64,000 nucleotides of DNA from a virus (taxonomy: Duplodnaviria; Caudoviricetes), in IMG/VR virus record IMGVR_UViG_3300029288_000081, positions 107,467 through 171,466 of that record. One strand, given 5' to 3'. Made by a program: the position numbers and the translations under genes. This document shows, in pieces, positions 55,127-63,776 of this stretch (position 1 is the stretch's first letter; each line of letters opens with the position of its first letter). Below the pieces are notes generated by a model. It was given only the letters and a program-made list of their open reading frames with translations, was not told where the DNA came from and did no database searches.

Positions 55127-55963
55127 ATGCCCAAGATCGTCGGTACCCGTGAGCGCATCCACCAGCCGTTCTACGATTCGCTCCTGCGCGTCGATGGCAG
55201 CGGCGACCTCCGTCAGGCGAACGTCGGCATCTTCGGAGCCGTCCAGAGCCGCTCGCAGCTCTTCACCAAGCAGGGCGCGGACATCGCCGTCAGCAACCTG
55301 ACCACCGGCGGGTTCTTCCCGTCCGACCAGACGTTCGTGACCCTCGCGGTCCGTGTCTGGACCTACTTCCGGTTCAACCGGGAGTCGTCGCGCACCGGCA
55401 CCGGCGGCCAGGTGTGGCCGACCATCAACGGTGGCGCCGCAGCGCCCGTGGGCGTGGGCCCCGGCGTCGAGGGCGACCGCATCGCGCGCGTCCACAAGCT
55501 CTACCACCAGACGCAGAACCAGCTGTTCTGGCAGTTCCAGGCCGGGGACAAGCCCCAGCTGACCACCTACACGGCGTACACGCCGTTCGCGGGCGGCCTC
55601 GACGGCTTCTTCTCCGACTCGCGCCTCCCGCGCGCGAACAACGGCATCCCGACGTCGTCGGCGCTCATGCGCCTGGCGCGTCCGATCCTCATCCCGCCCC
55701 GCCAGGGCTTCGTCGTGATCGCCATCGCGAGCCCGATCGGCCAGGCGACCGGCGCGTCGGTCATCGAGCAGCTGAACGGCTCGGTCCCGAACAACGACGC
55801 CTGGGGTCCGGTCAGCGGCAACGCTGGCACGATCACCGGCACGCCCAGCGCGGCGACGCTCGACGGCTCGTGGTCGAACGGCCTCGCGGTCGCCGGCCGC
55901 GACGACATCGAGAAGGACGTCAAGTACCTGATCGACGGCATCCACTCGCGCGACGTGCTCTGA
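55127..55963 (+). CDS. Putative major capsid protein (beta-rich, jelly-roll-like)
   Basis: 278 aa with no TM, alternating beta-strand pattern (QPFYD...SNLTTGGFFP...FVTLAVRV...NGIP...LARPILIPPRQGFVV...LIDGIHSRDV) and strongly C/G-ending codons. It is flanked by a structured leader and a terminator-like hairpin. The fold is inferred. Confidence 0.62.
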   Translation: MPKIVGTRERIHQPFYDSLLRVDGSGDLRQANVGIFGAVQSRSQLFTKQGADIAVSNLTTGGFFPSDQTFVTLAVRVWTYFRFNRESSRTGTGGQVWPTINGGAAAPVGVGPGVEGDRIARVHKLYHQTQNQLFWQFQAGDKPQLTTYTAYTPFAGGLDGFFSDSRLPRANNGIPTSSALMRLARPILIPPRQGFVVIAIASPIGQATGASVIEQLNGSVPNNDAWGPVSGNAGTITGTPSAATLDGSWSNGLAVAGRDDIEKDVKYLIDGIHSRDVL

Positions 55964-55975
55964 GGAGCGACTGCT

Positions 55976-56001
55976 GAGGCGGCCTCGCGAGGGGCCGCTT
56001 C
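55976..56001 (+). terminator. Terminator-like hairpin after the putative MCP gene
   Basis: gaggcggcctc-GCGA-ggggccgcttc with a weak U tract. Confidence 0.55.
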
Positions 56002-56137
56002 GCGGTCTCTGTGTCCGAGACAGCTCGGGCCTGGAGACGGCGAAGATCAGTAGCCGACCGCCCCTACCGGGCGTGTAGTTCCACCGGCTGACCAGGGACG
56101 AGGAGTCCAGTGGCGCAGCCAGAACTCAGGAGAGAAG

Positions 56138-57097
56138 ATGCCGATCGATCCGAACGACCCCGAGGTCGCCGCGTACCTGCGCCGCATGGCGAACAAGCAG
56201 TCGCGTGTCGAAGCGCAGATGGAAGCGCTCAACCAGCGCTACCAGGCGATGGCCGCCGCGGCCGAGGACGACAAGATCGAGCTGAAGCGTCTCGGCCAAG
56301 CCCTCAAGAAGGCTGCCGCGCGCATCCGGTACATCGAGGACATCCCGGGCAAGCGCGTGCCCTACTTCCTGGGCTTCCAGATCCCGATCCCCGGGCAGTC
56401 GAACCCGACGGTCTCGCTCGCGGGCTCGCGCCTGAGCGACTCCAAGCAGGTGAGCCAGGACGGTCCGTTCGTCGCGACGACCTACCTCAGCGCCTTCCTG
56501 CTCCGCACCTACTCGCTCGGGCCCTACGACGGGACCGGTGAGAACCCGGGTCGCCCGAACGATGCGGACGTGGGTTCCGAGGTCAGCACGCCTCTCAGCG
56601 GCCGGTTCCGGCCGGTGTCGTCGAGCGCAGACCCGTTCTCGGGCGCCTACATCGGCCCCGGCATCGGCGGCATCCCGGCGAACGCGGCCAGCCTCTCGGC
56701 GGCGCAGGCCGTGCAGACCTTCCGCCCCGGCATCATCGACTTCCTCTTCGAGGTCGCCGACGAGGGTGTGGACCGGCTGCGCCAGAACCAGATTCCGATC
56801 CCGAGCCGCTACCTCTTCAGCGAGTTCGACCGCCCACTCTACCTGCCGGTCTCGGACTTCTTCGAGCGCGGCTCGTCGATCCGCTTCAGCGCAACGCTGA
56901 CGCGCGACATCGGCTTCGCCGAGATCAACTACGCCTCGCTCCCGAACGGGTTCCAGGAGGGCGCCGTGAGCCCGCCGCCGGACCCGATCGCGAATGACCC
57001 GGTCCAGAGCGGCCGCATGATCGTGGCGCTCGGCGGCACGCTCTACTTCACCATGCTCGGCTACAAGATCCTCCAGGCGCAGAGCCCGGCGGTCTGA
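56138..57097 (+). CDS. Putative second/minor capsid protein (N-terminal coiled coil plus beta-sandwich)
   Basis: VPYFLGFQI...QVSQDGPFVAT...FEVADEGVDRLRQNQIPIP...PLYLPVSDFFERGSSIRF...LYFTMLGYKI. Confidence 0.55.
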   Translation: MPIDPNDPEVAAYLRRMANKQSRVEAQMEALNQRYQAMAAAAEDDKIELKRLGQALKKAAARIRYIEDIPGKRVPYFLGFQIPIPGQSNPTVSLAGSRLSDSKQVSQDGPFVATTYLSAFLLRTYSLGPYDGTGENPGRPNDADVGSEVSTPLSGRFRPVSSSADPFSGAYIGPGIGGIPANAASLSAAQAVQTFRPGIIDFLFEVADEGVDRLRQNQIPIPSRYLFSEFDRPLYLPVSDFFERGSSIRFSATLTRDIGFAEINYASLPNGFQEGAVSPPPDPIANDPVQSGRMIVALGGTLYFTMLGYKILQAQSPAV

Positions 57098-57112
57098 GAA
57101 GGAGACTCCCCG

Positions 57113-57499
57113 ATGGCGTACGCAACCAGGAAGAAGAAGTCGGCAGCGAGCCTCTATCAGGTGGTCTCCGGCAAGACGCACCGTGTCGCAGCTCGCACCA
57201 AGAAGCTCGTGACGGCGCGCAAGCGCGCAGAGGGCCTCGTTCGGCGAGGCAGCAAGCGCGTGAGCATCATGCGCGGCGGCAAGCTCATCGCGACGATGGG
57301 CACGTTCCGCTCGCCTGCGAAGCGGAGGTCGAGCAAGCGCAAGACCTCCGCCGGTCGCCGGACCTCGCGGAAGGCAGCGCGCCGCAGCTCGCGTCGCCGC
57401 TCCTCCGTGCGTCGCCGCTCGTCGAAGCGGCGCGTGAGCAAGAACCGTCGCCGGTCCAGCCGTCGCCGGGTCTCGCGTCGTCGCACGTCGCGTCGCTGA
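57113..57499 (+). CDS. Histone/protamine-like basic protein
   Basis: K/R/S-rich, ends VSKNRRRSSRRRVSRRRTSRR. AAGGAG RBS. Confidence 0.72.
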   Translation: MAYATRKKKSAASLYQVVSGKTHRVAARTKKLVTARKRAEGLVRRGSKRVSIMRGGKLIATMGTFRSPAKRRSSKRKTSAGRRTSRKAARRSSRRRSSVRRRSSKRRVSKNRRRSSRRRVSRRRTSRR

Positions 57500-57505
57500 G
57501 GCGAG

Positions 57506-58129
57506 ATGAGCCGAGTCTCGCCCATCCGGATCGTGCATGGCTTCACCTCGCAGTTGCCGGGGCGGAGCCGCATCTTCTTCCAGCGCGTGTACTTCGCGCA
57601 GATGCCGCATCCGATCCAGAAGGGCACGGGCAACCCGTTCCCGTTCACCATGCCCGTCGCGACCATCGAGGCCCCGAAGCAGCAGTGCGTGATCTTGCGC
57701 GCCGCCGCCTTCAAGGTCTTTCAGCACTCGGGCATCGGGGTCGACGACTACATCGAGACCCCGCCGTCGCGCTCGGCCAGCACCTTCGGGTTCTCCGTGC
57801 GCATCGGCAACCGCGGCCTGACCGACTACAACACCAACGTGTCGCCCGACCCCGGTCAGGTGGCGCCGGTAGCGAGCGGCAACCAGGGAGGGGGACAGGC
57901 AGCCCTGTCGCCCGGAGACGGACGCCTCTACCCCTTCTCGGGCACCATCACGCCGCACCTGGGCACCGACCCGTTCGCAAGCTACATCCGCCCCGGCGAG
58001 CAGATCATGGCATCGGTGACCGTGCTGCGAGAGCCCAACTTCGACGTCCGCTTCTTCAGCGTGGAGCTGAGCGGCTGGCTGGCCGGCGAGGCCGAACTGG
58101 ACAAGATGATCAACGCCCTCTCGGAGTGA
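57506..58129 (+). CDS. Putative minor capsid/penton-like beta-sandwich protein
   Basis: 207 aa, beta-rich, ending YIRPGEQIMASVTVLREPNFDVRFFSVELSGW. Confidence 0.5.
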   Translation: MSRVSPIRIVHGFTSQLPGRSRIFFQRVYFAQMPHPIQKGTGNPFPFTMPVATIEAPKQQCVILRAAAFKVFQHSGIGVDDYIETPPSRSASTFGFSVRIGNRGLTDYNTNVSPDPGQVAPVASGNQGGGQAALSPGDGRLYPFSGTITPHLGTDPFASYIRPGEQIMASVTVLREPNFDVRFFSVELSGWLAGEAELDKMINALSE

Positions 58130-58138
58130 TACGCTTCC

Positions 58139-58254
58139 TCGGTCCGCGGAAGCGGGGCCAGTGCTTTCGGTGTCCGACTCCACCCAAGGATCTTCGGTTG
58201 CACCCAGGCGCCCAGCCCGTAGCAGGAGGTACTGACCTCGCTTCCGCGGACCGA
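58139..58254 (+). ncRNA. Candidate ~115-nt RNA closed by a long terminal stem
   Basis: tcggtccgcggaagcgggg pairs with cctcgcttccgcggaccga, extended by cagtgctt/aggtactg. TGnTACGCT lies just upstream. Confidence 0.45.
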
Positions 58255-58265
58255 ACCTCCGAGAG

Positions 58266-59189
58266 ATGAGCATGGCGATCACCGAACCGAAGCCCCGCGC
58301 ACTTTCACGCCTCGACATCCGACGCCGCCAAGACCGAGGAACGAACAGCACCGTCCTGGAGTACACCGGACGAGTCCTTCGGTTCCACGAACGCGTCTAC
58401 GGCTTCCCCGACGGCGTCTTTCTCGTTGTCTCGCACGATGAGATGCCCTACCCGCCCAGCTTGAGAGCCCTGAGCGAAGACCTCGGCGTGCCCATCGAGG
58501 CCCTGTCGGTCGCCAAGGACCTCAAGATGGCGGCGGTGGACGCCCTCATCGCCGAGGGCATCGTCAAGGCACCGCAGATGCTCGCCGACTTCGCCGAGCC
58601 CAGCATCATGTGGCAGCCGTGGGACAGTCGAGAGCTGGAGCGGCGACACGTGGTCGCCATCGCTCGCGTGGTCGAGCTGGAGGCCCTTGCGGCGCGTGAG
58701 ATGCGGCTCCGTGTGGCGATGCTCCCCACCTCTGCCGTCGCACCTCCCCAACTGGAGGCTCCGAGGCCCGCAGCCGAGCCGGAGGTGGTCGAGATCTTCG
58801 TGGCGGCGACGGAGCGTCAGGCGGACCCGGCGGCGCAGGCGACTCTCGCGAAGGTCCAGGCAGCCGTTGCCCAGGCTCGCGAGTCCGAGCTGGCGCAGCG
58901 GCTCCCCAACGGTGCCCGCAGGGCGCTCCAGAAGCTCGTCAGGGCTCACTACGTCATCCGCGGCGCCGACGCACCTTCGGTCCGTGGCGGCCTCGCGGAG
59001 GCCATGCAGGACGCCGAGGCAGCAGCAGCGAGCATGCGGAAGGTGGCCGGCGACGACATCGAGGTGACGGTCATCGACTGGGACGGCGAGTGGCCGGTGG
59101 TCGTCAGGCGCTACGGCGCGGGCGGTCGCACGGTGTACCGCGTCGAGGACGCGCTCAAGCGCGCTGGCATCGAGGAGAAGGCAGCATGA
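58266..59189 (+). CDS. Hypothetical protein
   Basis: 307-aa ORF. Confidence 0.7.
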   Translation: MSMAITEPKPRALSRLDIRRRQDRGTNSTVLEYTGRVLRFHERVYGFPDGVFLVVSHDEMPYPPSLRALSEDLGVPIEALSVAKDLKMAAVDALIAEGIVKAPQMLADFAEPSIMWQPWDSRELERRHVVAIARVVELEALAAREMRLRVAMLPTSAVAPPQLEAPRPAAEPEVVEIFVAATERQADPAAQATLAKVQAAVAQARESELAQRLPNGARRALQKLVRAHYVIRGADAPSVRGGLAEAMQDAEAAAASMRKVAGDDIEVTVIDWDGEWPVVVRRYGAGGRTVYRVEDALKRAGIEEKAA

Positions 59190-59971
59190 CGGCCAAGCGC
59201 GGGTCTCAGTGGAAGTCCTCGTGGCGACGCACGGGCCCCGCCTTGGGCACGGGCCCCGACCCGATGTACTTCTTCAACACCTTCCGGGACAACGACGGGG
59301 CGTACCGCTACGAGCAGGCGTTGACGGCGCCGAGCATCGGATCGGACCCCGTTCCGTTCTGGGTAGGCACGATCACCGGGGCACTCTGCCTGACCACCAG
59401 CGAGAGCGTGTCTGTGGCTCGCGGTGCCGTGTGGAACGTCGACTCGCAGTGGAACGCGACGACCGACGTGCTGACGGCGTACGCATCGCTCTCGGTGGGC
59501 ACGCTGATCTCGACGGACATCCCGCCGTACAACCCTCCGCTCTGGCCGTTCCAGGTCCGGGCGATCGTCACGCTTCTCACGGTGCAGGCGGTGGCCGGTG
59601 GCTTCCGCGAGACGCTCTGGGTCGATGGGAACGTGCGCGCCGCGAGCGTCAGCGTGGGCCCGTATGCGCCGGGGCTCGGCGTGCTGGCCATCGACCCGTC
59701 GTTCGGGCTGCTCAACGGTGTGGTCGGCGGCAACAGCCTCGTCACCGATGACGAGGTGCGAGCGTGGTTCGCCGCCACGAGGACGGCGCTGGCGGTGCAG
59801 GAGATCCCCGGCAAGACCACCGACAGGTTCGACGCGGGCGCCACCCCCGGCGTCGTCCCAGACCCTCTCGTGAACCTTGTCGGTGGCGGGCAGGACGCAC
59901 CGCTCGTCGCGTCCGGCGGACCTTTCCCCACGCCGCTCAACACACTGTTCCAGGCCACCTTCGGCTACTGA
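59186..59971 (+). CDS. Beta-rich protein (possible spike/receptor-binding, LamG-like)
   Basis: T/V/G/W-rich, LWVDGNVRA, ATGA-coupled. Confidence 0.5.
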   Translation: MTAKRGSQWKSSWRRTGPALGTGPDPMYFFNTFRDNDGAYRYEQALTAPSIGSDPVPFWVGTITGALCLTTSESVSVARGAVWNVDSQWNATTDVLTAYASLSVGTLISTDIPPYNPPLWPFQVRAIVTLLTVQAVAGGFRETLWVDGNVRAASVSVGPYAPGLGVLAIDPSFGLLNGVVGGNSLVTDDEVRAWFAATRTALAVQEIPGKTTDRFDAGATPGVVPDPLVNLVGGGQDAPLVASGGPFPTPLNTLFQATFGY

Positions 59972-59976
59972 TCGCC

Positions 59977-61506
59977 ATGCTGCTCGACCAGGCCACATCG
60001 AAGGAGCAAGTAGCTGCCGCACTTGAGGCCGGCGACGAAGAGCTGCGCGAGAACATCCAGGAGATCCTCGACAACCTGCGGAGGCGTTGGGACAACGGCC
60101 CCAACTACGACGCCGCATCGGATTACGAGTCGTTTGACATGAAGGACATCGTCGAGAGCGACAACTTCATCGACACCGTGATCCTCAAGAGTCCGTCGCG
60201 CTATGAGCTGGCGCAGATCCCTCGTGAAGATGTCGAGAGTGGCCTACTGCGCGCTGCGGCCAATGCGACCCGTGGCTTCGGCTTCAGAAGTGCCACGAAG
60301 TACGGACCGTTCTACATCGACGAGCGCGGCGGAGACCACTTCTCGTACAAGCTGGATGTCGGCGGCAACTACACGTTCCCCGGCAGCTGGTTCCCCAAGA
60401 AGGCGGAGTTCATCCCCGCAGGCCTTGCCAAGGAGTTCTGGGATTCCCTCGGCAGCGAGTACACCTGGGGCTACACAGACCACGTCGATAGGAACGAAGA
60501 CAACTACGGCTATGGACCTGGCACCGAGTCCTACGTAGAGGCGAGCGAGAGCGACTTCGACGAGTGGTGCCGCGATCAGGTCGCCGAGTACGTCACCACG
60601 GCTGTCAGAAGGCAGCCGGAGAAAGCGAAGGAGATCTTCTTCAACGGCCTTGCCGAAGAAGACAAGGCGCTCGCCGAGAAGTTGAAGAGCGCCGGCCTGC
60701 CTGACGAGGAGATCCTCGACTTCGCCACCTCGTGGTTCCAGGAGGGCCGCGAAGACGTGCTCGCGACCGTCCGCGACTACTTCGCCACGCTCGAAATCGG
60801 CACCGGCGTCCCGCACGAGGTGCTTGCCGAGTTCTCGAAAGACGACGTCGTCAACATGGGCATCCGGAAAGGAGTGCTCTTCGAGAACGCTCCGTGGAAG
60901 CTGATCAAGCTCCATCCGTCTGACCTCCGACTGGAGGGCACGCTGATGGGCCACTGCGTCGGCGACAAGGGCATGGGGTACATCAGCGCCGTGAACAATG
61001 GCGAGATCGAGATCTGGAGCCTCCGCTCCCGAGACAACAAGCCGCGCTTCACGCTGGAAGTCGACGCGAAGTTCTACCGCGCCGACGATGAGGATGACCC
61101 GGGCCTCCGGACGCCAGAGCTTCAGACGCTCACTCCTGCTTTCTACCGAGCCCGTGCGATCAAGCAGCTCAAGGGCAAGGCAAACCGCCAGCCTGGCTAT
61201 GCTGACGTTCGGAAGACCGGTGGCATCAAGTTTCCTGACGAAGTGTTCTTCTGGGCGCACGCGCTCCAGCGCCTTGGTGTGAACCCGGAGCAGGTGGACG
61301 ACTTCGACGCGTTCCGCGAGGAGCAGGAGGAGGACCAGCTCAAGCTCCAGGCGAACAGCGGCGCGGTCTGCACAGGCTTCGACATGCCGTACAGGCCGCT
61401 CCTGCTCCCACACGAGGTCGCACCGAACCGCCGGTCGAGTCGCCGGTCGAGCAGCAGGCGTCGCGGCAGCAAGCGTCGGTCGAGCCGAAGGTCGAGTCGT
61501 CGGTGA
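59977..61506 (+). CDS. PcfJ-like domain protein with Arg tail
   Basis: DLRLEGTLMGHCVG..Y..IWSLRSRDNKPRFTLEV..IKQLKGKANR, ending VAPNRRSSRRSSSRRRGSKRRSSRRSSRR. Confidence 0.78.
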   Translation: MLLDQATSKEQVAAALEAGDEELRENIQEILDNLRRRWDNGPNYDAASDYESFDMKDIVESDNFIDTVILKSPSRYELAQIPREDVESGLLRAAANATRGFGFRSATKYGPFYIDERGGDHFSYKLDVGGNYTFPGSWFPKKAEFIPAGLAKEFWDSLGSEYTWGYTDHVDRNEDNYGYGPGTESYVEASESDFDEWCRDQVAEYVTTAVRRQPEKAKEIFFNGLAEEDKALAEKLKSAGLPDEEILDFATSWFQEGREDVLATVRDYFATLEIGTGVPHEVLAEFSKDDVVNMGIRKGVLFENAPWKLIKLHPSDLRLEGTLMGHCVGDKGMGYISAVNNGEIEIWSLRSRDNKPRFTLEVDAKFYRADDEDDPGLRTPELQTLTPAFYRARAIKQLKGKANRQPGYADVRKTGGIKFPDEVFFWAHALQRLGVNPEQVDDFDAFREEQEEDQLKLQANSGAVCTGFDMPYRPLLLPHEVAPNRRSSRRSSSRRRGSKRRSSRRSSRR

Positions 61507-62312
61507 CCACCAAGAAGCGCAAGACGAGCCGTCGTCGCACCTCGGGCGCCTTCTATGGCTGGACGGGTGGGGTCATCCAGAGTCCGCAGGAGCTGCTCAT
61601 GGCTTCGGGCATGGACGGCGACGCGGTGCGGCTCGTGTCCCTTCAGCAGCGCTCGATGGCGGCCTACGACGCGGGGCGGCTTGCTGAGGGTGACCGCCTC
61701 GCCGCGAAGGCGGATGTGCTCGTCGAGAAGATCGACGACGCCCTGACCGCGCTCGAAGAAGAGGGCGAGCCGCAGCAGGCTCCGGTGATTCAGAGTGTCG
61801 TTCGCGCGATGGCTGAGGCCTGGCAGGCGTGCATGTTCAACGCGTGGGACACGATGTGTCGTGACACGGTCGAGGAGTACCGGCGAACGGGACACGGACG
61901 CTGGGTGCCGCCGAGCCGAACGTTCCTGGGACCGCCGAGCCGGTGGATCGGTATCCGAACGAGCCCCGAGGCCGTGCGTCAGGCTGCGGAGCACTCAGAG
62001 TGGTACCGAGAGGAGCCCGGCTACTTCGAGGAGCCGTCTCTCGTGCATCAGCTTCGAGAGATCTCCGGCAACCGGGAAGCCGACGGGCTACTTCTGCTCG
62101 ACGCGGCAGAGGACGCGTGGCTCAGCACCATCGCAACGGCAGCGCGCATCAGGGCAGGCGCTGCGAAGCGACGGATCAGCGGCGTCGACCCGGTGAAGGA
62201 AGCCAAGAAGTTCGCGAGACGCATGACGAGGCGCAAGAAGCGCATGAGTCGCCCCGTCCCGAACCGTCGCCGCAAGACGAGCCGCCGCCGATCGAGTAGG
62301 ATGCGATCATGA
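61503..62312 (+). CDS. Hypothetical protein with basic ends
   Basis: Ends PVPNRRRKTSRRRSSRMRS. Confidence 0.65.
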   Translation: MTTKKRKTSRRRTSGAFYGWTGGVIQSPQELLMASGMDGDAVRLVSLQQRSMAAYDAGRLAEGDRLAAKADVLVEKIDDALTALEEEGEPQQAPVIQSVVRAMAEAWQACMFNAWDTMCRDTVEEYRRTGHGRWVPPSRTFLGPPSRWIGIRTSPEAVRQAAEHSEWYREEPGYFEEPSLVHQLREISGNREADGLLLLDAAEDAWLSTIATAARIRAGAAKRRISGVDPVKEAKKFARRMTRRKKRMSRPVPNRRRKTSRRRSSRMRS

Positions 62313-62578
62313 GCTACCACCGCACCGGCCTCGGCACGCTCCCGGCATTCTCGTCGACCCAGGCGTTCGCCCAGGCGGTCGACCCGTACGCGGCACGCAC
62401 ATCTCCGCCGAGCAGCCTCTACGCACCCTACGGCTGGGGCCCCGACTTCAACGTCGGCATGCCCATGAACTACAGCCACCACATCGGCTACAGCCGAACT
62501 CCTGTGCCCGGCGCTCGGCGCGTCGGTCCGATGTACGACCGCGTCGGCGGCCTGAGCGGCATCCTCGCCGCGCTGTAG
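62309..62578 (+). CDS. Small MSY-GLG virion protein
   Basis: MSYHRTGLGT...VGGLSG. Confidence 0.65.
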   Translation: MSYHRTGLGTLPAFSSTQAFAQAVDPYAARTSPPSSLYAPYGWGPDFNVGMPMNYSHHIGYSRTPVPGARRVGPMYDRVGGLSGILAAL

Positions 62579-62585
62579 GAGCGTC

Positions 62586-62813
62586 ATGAGCTACAAGCTG
62601 AAGGTCCGATACGGGACGGCCGTCGAGCCGTGGCACACGCTCGCGCCGTGGTACCGGGCAGGCACGACGGCGATGGGGCAGATGACGTGGCCCGGCGTGT
62701 TCGGCATGGAACCGCACCTTCTTGCAGCAGGGAGCTTCGGAGCAGGGATGCTCGCGATGTATCTGCTGCGCCGCATGCGCATGAAGGCGAACCGTCGCCC
62801 TCGTCGTCGCTGA
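62586..62813 (+). CDS. Small virion membrane protein
   Basis: MSYK...TAMGQ, TM, then MKANRRPRRR. Confidence 0.7.
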   Translation: MSYKLKVRYGTAVEPWHTLAPWYRAGTTAMGQMTWPGVFGMEPHLLAAGSFGAGMLAMYLLRRMRMKANRRPRRR

Positions 62814-62819
62814 GTCGCC

Positions 62820-63767
62820 ATGGACCTGCGCGTCGGCGACACGGTGATGTTCGGCCCGCCCGGCAAGCCCAAGACGAAGGGCACGGTCGTGAGGCTCGGG
62901 GCCAAGATCCGCATCAAGCAGGCCTTCGCCGCCCACGGGCAGCCCGCCGGCACCGAGTGGAACGTTCCCGCCACCTCCGACTACATCGAGGTCACCTGGC
63001 GTGGCGAAGAGCCGATCTTCGGCGGCGCGGCTGGTCGCAGCTCGGTCCCCGTCTCCAAGGGCGGCAACTACCACCCGCCCAAGCGCACCTCGCGGCCGCC
63101 GCCTCCGGCTCGCAAGGCCTCGCGTCCGCCGCCGCCTCAGCCCGTTCGCGTGGCAGCGCCGGGCAAGGCGCCCCCGTCGGGCGACCTGCTCTCGCACAAG
63201 GACACGATCGCCTTCGCCCACGAGCTTCTCAGGCAGTGGGCCATCCCGAACTACAAGGTGTTCTTCTCGAACAAGTTCACGCGGCGCATGGGCCAGTGTG
63301 ACTTCAGGCACAGGGAGATTTCCTACTCCGCGCCGCTCTGGCCGCTCGCCAGTGCCGAGCAGCGCCGGCAGACGACCATCCACGAGGTCGCGCATGCCGT
63401 GACCCGTGACCGTCATGGAGCCGCCGTTGCTCCTCACGGCAAGGAGTGGAAGGCGCAGATGGTCGCGATGGGCGCCATGCCCAAGACCACCCACAACGTC
63501 AACCGCGAAGGAGTCGCGAGGTCGCGTGGCGACACCGTCGCGATGGTCTGCTGCGGAACGACCTTCCGCGTCACGCTGAAGAAGGCTCACGCGTTCATGA
63601 CCAAGAGAGGCCGGTGCAGGTTCTGCCAGCAGCCGCCCGTCTTCGCGAGCGCAGCAGACCGAGCCTCGTACGATGCCTGGATGCGAAGCACGGGTGGGCT
63701 CATCATCCGCCCCAACTCGTGCCGATGTGGCGCCCACGCTCTGGAGTGTGGACTCGTCTCGCGATAG
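62820..63767 (+). CDS. SprT-like zinc metalloprotease
   Basis: RRMGQCDF...TTIHEVAHA...PHGKEWK with a C-terminal Cys ribbon. Confidence 0.85.
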   Translation: MDLRVGDTVMFGPPGKPKTKGTVVRLGAKIRIKQAFAAHGQPAGTEWNVPATSDYIEVTWRGEEPIFGGAAGRSSVPVSKGGNYHPPKRTSRPPPPARKASRPPPPQPVRVAAPGKAPPSGDLLSHKDTIAFAHELLRQWAIPNYKVFFSNKFTRRMGQCDFRHREISYSAPLWPLASAEQRRQTTIHEVAHAVTRDRHGAAVAPHGKEWKAQMVAMGAMPKTTHNVNREGVARSRGDTVAMVCCGTTFRVTLKKAHAFMTKRGRCRFCQQPPVFASAADRASYDAWMRSTGGLIIRPNSCRCGAHALECGLVSR

Positions 63768-63776
63768 GGTGACCCG

